Shown here in pieces: positions 56,665 to 64,000 of a DNA stretch of 64,000 bases. Every line of letters begins with the position of its first letter. Position 1 is the stretch's first letter. The translations under genes and the position numbers were made by a program. The DNA comes from a virus (lineage: Duplodnaviria; Caudoviricetes): IMG/VR virus record IMGVR_UViG_3300033066_002392, positions 5,121-69,120 of that record; one strand, written 5' to 3'. The notes beneath the pieces were generated by a model. The model was not told where the DNA came from. It saw nothing but the letters and a program-made list of their open reading frames with translations, and made no database searches.

Positions 56665-59040
56665 GTGACGCGGCACAAGGTCATCGAGCTGAGCAACGGC
56701 AACCGCTACCACTACCAGCTGCCCTGGGACGGCCGCACCAGGCTGCGCGGCACCCTCGAGTGCGCAATAGCCTTCGACACCGAGACCGAGGCCCTAAGCG
56801 ACGCGGACCTCAACCGCAACCTGTCGATACCCCGGGTGGCCCTGGCGACGGTGAGCACCGGCTCGCACTCCTACTTCCTCCACCCGTCGCAGCTGGCCGA
56901 CTGGGTCCTCCTGCACAGGGGGGAGCACCTCGTCGGCCAGAACGTCCGCTTCGACTTCTGGGTGGTGGACCAGTACCTGCGCGCCGCCGGGCGCCCGGAC
57001 GCCGTGGAGGCGTGGTGGCAGTTCCCGACGGAGCACCGCCTCCACGACACGCTGCTGCTGGACCAGCTCATCCGCCTCGGCCAGGGCGTGGGCACCGCCG
57101 TCTACTCCAAGGACGACTCCTCCCTCTCCCGGCGTGATCTGGGGGCGATCGCCCGCGACTACGTGGGCGTGGACGTCGACAAGAGCGACCCGTACCGCAT
57201 GCGCTACGGCGAACTACTGGGGGTGCCCGCCTCCGACTGGGCCTCGTGCGAGCAGGGCTTCTTCGACTACGCCATCGTCGACGCCGTGGTGACGTACCTC
57301 GTCTACAAGCGGCAGGCGAAGGTAGCGGGCGACCTGATGCGGAAGTGCCGCTCGCACGCGCCGAGGGACATCGCCTGGCAGGCGGAGCGGAAGTACGGCT
57401 ACCTCACCGAGGCGCTGCAGACGGCGGGCACCCTGGCCCTGGCCCACATGTCGCGGCGCGGCATCCGCACCAGCCCCGACAAGGTGGCCGCGTACGAGGC
57501 CTGCGTCCGTGCCGACATGGAGCGCCACCTCGAGGAGATGATGCGGCGCAACCCGGAGGTCTTCATCTACCGGGACCAGTGCACGCCGAAGGGGGCCCTC
57601 AGCAAGCGGAAGAACAGGCAGCCGCCCCTCCCCGGCGTCAGGCGCGAGGTGATGCTGACGCCGAAGGGGAAGACGCCCCGCCTGCGCCAGCCGGAGCTGC
57701 GCGACGCCCTGGAGAAGATCGCCGCGCGGCTCGGCGTGCCCCCGGTACTCTCGGACGGCAAGAAGGGCGGCACCTCCCTCAGCGCCAAGGCCTGGGCGGT
57801 GCACGCCGGCCGCGACAGCTTCATCCGGGAGTGGTCGTCGGTGACGAAGAAGGCGAAGCTCCTCAGCTTCTTCGACCTGTTTCGCGAGTCCAGCGTCATC
57901 CACGCCACCTACAACCCGCTGATGCGCACCGGCCGCGTCTCCGCCTGCCGCCCCAACATCACCCAGGCGCCCAGGGACAAGGACTTCCGGGGGCTATTCG
58001 TCGCCCGCGACAGGCACCTGCTGTACACGGTGGACTACTCCTTCATCGAGCTCCGGGCGATGGCGGCCATCTGCACCGCCAGGTTCGGCAGGAGCGTGCT
58101 CGCCGACGTCATCAAGGCCGGCAAGGACCCGCACTCCTACACCACCTCCCTCATCATGGGGGTGCCCTACGCCGACGTACTCGCCGGCCTCGCGGCCGAG
58201 AAGGCCGCAATCAAGGCCGCCGAGAAGCAAGGACTACCTCCCCCGGCGTCCCCCTTCACCGCCGGCCGGCAGTCCGCGAAGGCGGTCGGCTTCGGACTAA
58301 TCGGAGGGCTAGGCTCTGTGAAGCTGGCGGCCTACGCCAAGGCCAGCTACGGGGTTGACATGACGGTGGAGGAGGCGGCGGCCCTGCGGCACAAGATGAT
58401 CACGGAGGTGTACCCCGAGTTCGGCACCTACCTGGCCGACTCCTCCCTCTTCAACATGTGCTTCTCCCTCGGCGTCACGGAGCGCGCCGTCTGCCGAGCC
58501 TTCGACATCCCACTCGGCGACGCGGAGAAGCTGCAGCGGGCCACGCGGGCGGCGTCCAAGGTCCTCCGGGGCGAGCCCTTCAAGGCGGACGGCACGCCGT
58601 ACAAGGAGGCCTTCGTCAACCGCACCTGGGAGGCGTGCAGGAGGCTGGCCTCCTCCGCGAGCCGCCTCGACTCCTCGATACGCGAGGCGCTGCGCCAGGA
58701 GGTCCCCTCCCCCAGGCTCGAGAAGGCCTTCTTCGGCGGCCCGGCCTTCACCCTGACGGGGAGGGTGCGCGGGGGCTGCACCTACACGCAGATTAAAAAC
58801 AGCCCCTTCCAGGGCCTGGCCGCCGACGGCGCCAAGCTGGCGCTGTGGCGCCTGCTGCGGGCCGGCTTCAGCATCATCGCCTTCATCCACGACGAGATCA
58901 TCGTCGAGCTGCCCGCGGCCACCGCAGCCGCGGACGCCCCGAGGGTGGACGCCATCCTCAACGCGGCCATGGAGGAGGTGATGCAGGGGCTGGTGCCCTC
59001 CGGCGTCGAGGGGAGGCTCGCGGAATGTTGGCAAAAGTGA
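56665..59040 (+). CDS. polA: Family A DNA polymerase with 3'-5' exonuclease domain
   Basis: AFDTET, GQNVRFD, YAIVDA; motif A VDYSFIELR; motif B RQSAKAVGFGLIGG; motif C FIHDEI. Confidence 0.95.
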   Translation: MTRHKVIELSNGNRYHYQLPWDGRTRLRGTLECAIAFDTETEALSDADLNRNLSIPRVALATVSTGSHSYFLHPSQLADWVLLHRGEHLVGQNVRFDFWVVDQYLRAAGRPDAVEAWWQFPTEHRLHDTLLLDQLIRLGQGVGTAVYSKDDSSLSRRDLGAIARDYVGVDVDKSDPYRMRYGELLGVPASDWASCEQGFFDYAIVDAVVTYLVYKRQAKVAGDLMRKCRSHAPRDIAWQAERKYGYLTEALQTAGTLALAHMSRRGIRTSPDKVAAYEACVRADMERHLEEMMRRNPEVFIYRDQCTPKGALSKRKNRQPPLPGVRREVMLTPKGKTPRLRQPELRDALEKIAARLGVPPVLSDGKKGGTSLSAKAWAVHAGRDSFIREWSSVTKKAKLLSFFDLFRESSVIHATYNPLMRTGRVSACRPNITQAPRDKDFRGLFVARDRHLLYTVDYSFIELRAMAAICTARFGRSVLADVIKAGKDPHSYTTSLIMGVPYADVLAGLAAEKAAIKAAEKQGLPPPASPFTAGRQSAKAVGFGLIGGLGSVKLAAYAKASYGVDMTVEEAAALRHKMITEVYPEFGTYLADSSLFNMCFSLGVTERAVCRAFDIPLGDAEKLQRATRAASKVLRGEPFKADGTPYKEAFVNRTWEACRRLASSASRLDSSIREALRQEVPSPRLEKAFFGGPAFTLTGRVRGGCTYTQIKNSPFQGLAADGAKLALWRLLRAGFSIIAFIHDEIIVELPAATAAADAPRVDAILNAAMEEVMQGLVPSGVEGRLAECWQK

Positions 59041-59131
59041 TCACGAAGTTGGTGGGCTTTCGTGACTAATATTCGCCTTCAGTTAAAGTGGATTTATGCA
59101 ACGGGCAGTTAGGCAAACCACGGAGCAAAAC

Positions 59132-59416
59132 ATGGCGCGCAAGGCCAACCGCATGGCGACCACGAAGGACATTTTCGAGGGACTCCACAAGACGAAGGCG
59201 AGCATCGTCCGCGCCTTCAAACTCCTCGGCAAGAAGAACGGCGGCCAGGAGAAGTTCGGACCCACGGAGCTGGGCGAGGCGGCCGAGACGCCGCTGGCGC
59301 CGTCGCTGGTGTCGAGCCACCTCAAGGGCCTGGTGACGGCCGGCATCGTCGAGCGCTGCCCGCAGGGCACCCGCCGGGCGCTGTACCGCCTCGTCGAGCG
59401 CCCCGAGGCCGACTGA
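59132..59416 (+). CDS. ArsR-like winged-helix DNA-binding protein
   Basis: PTELGE..PSLVSSHLKGLVTAGIVER..RRALYRL. Confidence 0.7.
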   Translation: MARKANRMATTKDIFEGLHKTKASIVRAFKLLGKKNGGQEKFGPTELGEAAETPLAPSLVSSHLKGLVTAGIVERCPQGTRRALYRLVERPEAD

Positions 59417-59483
59417 GCCGCACGACGTTTTTCTTTTTTCTTCTCCCCCGGCGTCACCGCGATAGAGCAGCAGGAGCGAGGCC

Positions 59484-62441
59484 TTGACACCGATCGACCA
59501 GTCGCCCAGGGCGCGGGCAGTTGACATCCGGACGTACTGCCGGCCGCTGGACGCGGAGGGCTCGTCGTTCGAGACCCGCGACCAGATGCTCCGGCGCTCC
59601 ATGCTGGAGCACCACCGCCGCCTGCTGCGGGACGCCGGCAAGAAGAACCACAAGGACGAGCTCAACGAGTTCTACTCCCTCGGCGTCGAGGGCAAGGCGG
59701 CCGTGTCGGGGCGCACGCAGTGGCTGGGCGGCACGCCCTACGCCTACGACCGCGCGGCGTGCCAGTTCAACTGCAGCGCCACCATGGCCGCGACGGTCTA
59801 CGACATCGTCGACATCTCCTGGCTGCTGCTCAACGGCTGTGGCGTCGGCTTCAAGCCGGTCGTCGGCACCCTGCACGGCTACACCAGGCCGATCAACGAA
59901 CTCGAGATCGTCCCCAGCCGCAACGACAAGAACTTCCGAGGGCGCGAGCAGAACGAGGAGGAGTTGCCCTGCGAGGCCAACGACCACACCTGGACAATCC
60001 GGGTGGGCGACTCCGCCGCGGCCTGGGCCAAGGCCGGCGGGAAGATGTTTTCGCCCCGCCACGCGAAGAAGCTCCGGCTGGACTTCGGCAACGTGCGAGG
60101 CGCGGGTGGAAGACTTAAAGGATATGGCTGGGTCGCCAATGGCTATGCACCCTTCGCCAAGGCCCTGGTGGCCATCCACAACATCCTGAACGAGTCCGCC
60201 GGCAACCTGCTGGACGAGATCCAGATCATCGACGTGGTGAACTGGTGGGGCACCGTGCTCTCCTCCCGGCGCGCGGCCGAGATCGCGCTCCTGGATTTGC
60301 ACAACCCCCGGGCCGGCGAGTTCGCCCGGATGAAGCGGGAGTACTGGAAGCACAACCCCCAGCGCCGCCAGAGCAACAACACCCTGCTGGCGTGGACGAA
60401 GCCGTCTCGCGGCAGGCTCGAGGAGATCCTCCGCGAGGCCGACGAGTCCGGGGGCGACCCGGGGATCTGCAACGCCGAGGCCGCGCTGAAGAAGGCGCCC
60501 CACTTCGCGCTCTTCAACCCCTGCGTCCCCGGCTACACCCGCATCCTGACGGACAAGGGCTACGCCCGCATCGACTCGCTGGTCGGTTACCGGGTGAACG
60601 TGTGGAACGGCAAGTCGTTCGCGAGCGTGTGGCCCAAGGTGACGGGCTTCGACCAGCCGCTCGTGAAGGTGTCACTCTCCGATGGCACCTCGCTGACCTG
60701 CACCTACGCCCACAACTGGCTTGTGAACGACGGCACGTACCACAAGCCGACGGAGACCCGGAAGCAGGCGATCGAACTCCAGCCCGGTGACAGGCTGGCG
60801 AAGTATTCGATGCCGGTGGTTGAGGGCGGGGTGCCGTTCCAGCTGGCCTACACCCACGGCTTCTACTGCGGTGACGGCTTCGACTACGCGGAAGACAAGC
60901 GGGCCTGGCTCTACGGTGAGAAGACGAAGCTCGCCATGTACCTGGTCGGCGTGCACCGCTCCGACAGCGTCCCGGGCCGGACGCACGTGACCTTCCCGTC
61001 GGAGATGCCGGCGAAGTTCCACGTGCCCCACGACGCCGACCTCGCCTCGCGGCTGGACTGGTTCGCCGGGCTGCTGGACTCCGACGGCACCGTGGTGCAG
61101 AACCCCAACAGCGTCTCGCTCCAGGTCTCCAGCGTCCGGAAGGACTTCCTCGACGAGGTGCGGCTCATGCTCACCTCCCTCGGCGTCCAGGCCAAGATCG
61201 GCCTGATGTCGGAGGAGGGCGACAGGGAGATGCCCGACGGCCGGGGCGGCAAGAAGCTGTACCACTGCCAGACGAGCTACCGCCTTTGCGTCAACGCGGC
61301 GGATACCTGCCACCTGGTCGACCTCGGGCTCTCCCCCCGGCGTCTCGTGATCAACAAGAAGGCCCCCAACCGGGACGCCAGGCGGTTCGTCGAGGTGGTC
61401 TCCGTGGAGGAGGCTGGCGTCGCACCCTTCGTCTACTGCTTCACCGAGCCCCTCACCAACCGGGGGACCTTCGAGGGGATCGTCACGGGGCAGTGCGCGG
61501 AAATCCTCCTTCCGAGATCGGGGTTTTGCAATTTGGTTACACAGTGCCTCCCCAGGTTCCGGCGCAACTTCTCCGAGATGGAGCGGTCGTGCTACCTGAT
61601 GGCCAGGGCCAACTACCGCCAGACGTGCGTCAACCTCGAGGACGGTGTGCTACAGCCGGCCTGGCACCAGACGAACGAGTCGCTCCGCCTCTGCGGCGTC
61701 AGCGCCACGGGCATCGTCCAGGCCGACTGGCTCACCGACTACCAGATCCGCCGGCTCCGCAACGCGGCGGTGACGGGCGCCTACAGCATGGCTGACGAGC
61801 TCAAGATGCCCCGCCCCAAGGCCGTCACCACGGTGAAGCCCGAGGGCACCATCAGCAAGACGCTGGGCAGCCACTCGCTCGGCGAGATCGCGGAGGGCAT
61901 CCACAAGCCGCTGGGCCGGTTCATCCTGAACTGGGTGAACTTCGCTGCAGTCGACCCGCTGGTGGGCCTGCTGGAGTCGGCCGGCTACAAGACGCTGCCC
62001 AACCCCAGCGACAGCAACAACGTCCTGGTCTGCTTCCCGGTGGAGTACGACAACATCGCCTTCGACCGGGTCGACGGGAAGTACGTCAACCTCGAGCCGG
62101 CCACCGCCCAGCTGGATCGCTACCTGCGGTGGAACACGCTGTGGGCGGACCACAACGTCAGCTGCACGGTGAGCTACTCGCCGGAGGAGATACCCCAGGT
62201 CGTCGACTGGCTGGACAGGAACTGGGACTCGGGCTTCATCGCCGTCTCCTTCCTCCGGCGCAACGACCCGACGAAGACGGCCCGCGACCTGGGCCACCCC
62301 TACCTGCCGCAGGAGGTGGTGAACGAGGGCCCCTTCCGCGACTACCAGAACACGCTGCGGTCGGTGGACTGGTTGAAGGTGAGCGGCATCCACGAAATCA
62401 GCGAGGAGTCCTGCGCCACGGGGGTGTGCCCGTCGCGGTGA
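59484..62441 (+). CDS. nrdJ: Class II (adenosylcobalamin-dependent) ribonucleotide reductase containing an intein
   Basis: ACQFNC, GCGVGF, SRRAAEI, NP|CAEI, TTVKPEGT, HNVSCTV, C-terminal SCATGVCP. Confidence 0.9.
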   Translation: MTPIDQSPRARAVDIRTYCRPLDAEGSSFETRDQMLRRSMLEHHRRLLRDAGKKNHKDELNEFYSLGVEGKAAVSGRTQWLGGTPYAYDRAACQFNCSATMAATVYDIVDISWLLLNGCGVGFKPVVGTLHGYTRPINELEIVPSRNDKNFRGREQNEEELPCEANDHTWTIRVGDSAAAWAKAGGKMFSPRHAKKLRLDFGNVRGAGGRLKGYGWVANGYAPFAKALVAIHNILNESAGNLLDEIQIIDVVNWWGTVLSSRRAAEIALLDLHNPRAGEFARMKREYWKHNPQRRQSNNTLLAWTKPSRGRLEEILREADESGGDPGICNAEAALKKAPHFALFNPCVPGYTRILTDKGYARIDSLVGYRVNVWNGKSFASVWPKVTGFDQPLVKVSLSDGTSLTCTYAHNWLVNDGTYHKPTETRKQAIELQPGDRLAKYSMPVVEGGVPFQLAYTHGFYCGDGFDYAEDKRAWLYGEKTKLAMYLVGVHRSDSVPGRTHVTFPSEMPAKFHVPHDADLASRLDWFAGLLDSDGTVVQNPNSVSLQVSSVRKDFLDEVRLMLTSLGVQAKIGLMSEEGDREMPDGRGGKKLYHCQTSYRLCVNAADTCHLVDLGLSPRRLVINKKAPNRDARRFVEVVSVEEAGVAPFVYCFTEPLTNRGTFEGIVTGQCAEILLPRSGFCNLVTQCLPRFRRNFSEMERSCYLMARANYRQTCVNLEDGVLQPAWHQTNESLRLCGVSATGIVQADWLTDYQIRRLRNAAVTGAYSMADELKMPRPKAVTTVKPEGTISKTLGSHSLGEIAEGIHKPLGRFILNWVNFAAVDPLVGLLESAGYKTLPNPSDSNNVLVCFPVEYDNIAFDRVDGKYVNLEPATAQLDRYLRWNTLWADHNVSCTVSYSPEEIPQVVDWLDRNWDSGFIAVSFLRRNDPTKTARDLGHPYLPQEVVNEGPFRDYQNTLRSVDWLKVSGIHEISEESCATGVCPSR
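60522..61493 (+). mobile_element. Intein (324 aa) with LAGLIDADG-type endonuclease; C-terminal Gln
   Basis: Begins CVPGYTRILT; block B TCTYAHNW; FAGLLDSDG; block F VYCFTEP; ends TGQ followed by extein C of CAEI. Confidence 0.92.
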
Positions 62442-62844
62442 GTAAGGAGCTGAGGGGCAGGCTGGCGGCGGGCGGCCTGGGCTTCTCCCTCGGCGTGGTG
62501 CCAGCGGCCATCCTGGCGACGGCGGGCCTCGACACCTGGCTGGCGGTGCTGGGAATCCTGGTAGCCTCCCTTACGTCTGTCGTACTGCTGATCGTAACCG
62601 TCGACGTGTTAATGGCGATAACCGAGGGAAGGCCGGAGGACGATTAATGAAGGCGACGTTTTACATCAACCTGGCCTGCATGTGCATCATGTACGGCCTG
62701 GCAATGCTGGGCATGAGTTTGATGGAGTGGAGGCACACCCGGAACCAGGCCGTTTCCGGCTCGTGGATTAACGGGGTACTCTTCTTTCTGTTCCTCGGCA
62801 ACGCGTTCTGGGTGTGGGCATCTTACCAGGACAAGGGGGAGTGA
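62438..62844 (+). CDS. Two small membrane proteins (62438-62647 and 62647-62844)
   Basis: Two hydrophobic helices each; overlapping start/stop tiling. Confidence 0.65.
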
Positions 62845-62845
62845 C

Positions 62846-63280
62846 ATGGCTCTGGTACTGCAGGTGAAGAAGGTGCGGGAGAAGGCCTACCTCCCCGACA
62901 AGGCCTATGAGGGCGACGCGGGCATCGACTTCTACGCGGCCGAGGACGGCTGGCTGAAGGGCGCCGGCAACCTCATCCCCCTCGGCGTGGCACTGGCCAT
63001 CCCCGAGGGCTGGGCCCTGGTGCTCAAGGACCGCAGCGGCAACGCCGCGAAGAAGGGGCTGCGGGTGGCGGCGGGCGTCATCGACGCCGGCTACCGCGGC
63101 GAGGTCTCCTGCCTCCTCGACGTCGTCAACGACCCCGAGGGCAAGGGCGTCTACGTCACGGCGGGCGACCGGGTGTGCCAGGGCGTCCTCGTCCAGGTGC
63201 CCACCACCAGCATCTGGGAGGTGGACGAACTCCCCGGCGCGGTGCGGGGCGACGCGGGCTTCGGCAGCACGGGGGAGTAA
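62846..63280 (+). CDS. dut: Trimeric dUTPase
   Basis: AGIDF, DRSG, GVIDAGYRGE, RVCQG, RGDAGFGSTG. Confidence 0.95.
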   Translation: MALVLQVKKVREKAYLPDKAYEGDAGIDFYAAEDGWLKGAGNLIPLGVALAIPEGWALVLKDRSGNAAKKGLRVAAGVIDAGYRGEVSCLLDVVNDPEGKGVYVTAGDRVCQGVLVQVPTTSIWEVDELPGAVRGDAGFGSTGE

Positions 63281-63747
63281 TGGCACTGGTCTGCGGCATC
63301 GACATCGGCCTCGACGGCGGCGTGGCGGTCATCGACACCGCGGGCAAGATCGTCAGCGTGGACGTGATGCCGCGCACCGTCTCCCCCCACGGCAAGCACG
63401 TCGTGGACGCCGTCGGCCTCAAGAGGCTGATACCCGCCAGCTGCAGGCTGGTGGTCATCGAGTTCACCCACAGCTTCGGCCACGAATCGAGGAGCGCCTG
63501 CTTCTCCTTCGGCCGCAGCACCGGCAAGACGCAGGCGGTGCTGGAGCTGGCGGGGGTGCCCTGGGAGGAGGTGACCCCCCAGATGTGGAAGGCCGAGATC
63601 CTCGAGGGGACGAAGAAGGACAAGGCCGCGGCCATCGGCTACTGCAAGTCGAGGTGGCCGCAGTACGACATCGGCAGGCACGACGGCAAAGCGGACAGCC
63701 TATGTATGGCTGAATTCGCGAGGCGGCGACTGGTCGGCAACAAGTAG
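63280..63747 (+). CDS. RuvC-like Holliday junction resolvase
   Basis: CGIDIG, VIE, FSFG, VTPQMWK, DGKADSL. Confidence 0.85.
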   Translation: MALVCGIDIGLDGGVAVIDTAGKIVSVDVMPRTVSPHGKHVVDAVGLKRLIPASCRLVVIEFTHSFGHESRSACFSFGRSTGKTQAVLELAGVPWEEVTPQMWKAEILEGTKKDKAAAIGYCKSRWPQYDIGRHDGKADSLCMAEFARRRLVGNK

Positions 63748-63758
63748 GGAGCGCATCG

Positions 63759-64000
63759 ATGCCTATCTCGGTTGACGGCGTGGTGAAGAGCGGCGGGCGG
63801 TACCACGTCCGCCCCATCGACGGCGACGGCGGCTGGCTGTTCGTCCAGCTCCTCGACGGCCGCGCGGACGGCATGAAGAACTTCAAAGTTACGGCAGACC
63901 AGCTGCGGGCGTTGGCCTCCGCCGCGGACGCCATCACGGGCAACTTCGAGCTGGTGTCTCCCGGCATCTCCCCCGGCGTCTTCGAGCCGGTCACGGCCAG
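63759..64000 (+). CDS. Hypothetical protein, truncated by the window edge
   Basis: ATG at 63759 is open to the window end (MPISVDGVVKSGG...). Confidence 0.55.
   Translation, partial: MPISVDGVVKSGGRYHVRPIDGDGGWLFVQLLDGRADGMKNFKVTADQLRALASAADAITGNFELVSPGISPGVFEPVTA

Overview
The whole window is one temperate, siphovirus-like tailed phage of high GC (roughly 68% by eye). The host is probably a planctomycete of the Gemmataceae type. This is inferred from an LEPR-XLL-like N-terminus, TIGR02996-like 'ADWLEE/LADAL' proteins, an 'RKLRLFACAC...GPHVRGCWVVDL' protein and the integrase N-terminus. Layout: (1) 1.3-28.4 kb, + strand: head, accessory virion proteins, tail and a lysis-position cassette. (2) 28.3-51.7 kb, mostly - strand: an early region of small ORFs with three tandem paralog arrays, interrupted by a tyrosine integrase and an attP-like 3' half of tRNA-Asp. 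(3) 51.9-64 kb, + strand: recombination, replication and nucleotide genes (SSAP, primase-helicase, PolA, intein-containing class II RNR, dUTPase, RuvC-like). No terminase was recognised in the window. Strongest unexplained signals: a prohead protease fused to a classical unfoldase-type AAA+ ATPase; a strand-biased motif YTCCCC(C)GGCGT in about 65-70 copies, present in all reading frames; and a 400-bp colinear inverted-repeat element enclosing a promoter and operator palindrome at 50.3-50.7 kb. Also notable are a circularly permuted M23 peptidase in a tail protein and a -1 frameshift whose stimulatory hairpin is built from two copies of the motif. All calls come from reading the sequence and from recalled family motifs. 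No database search was run and all counts are by hand.
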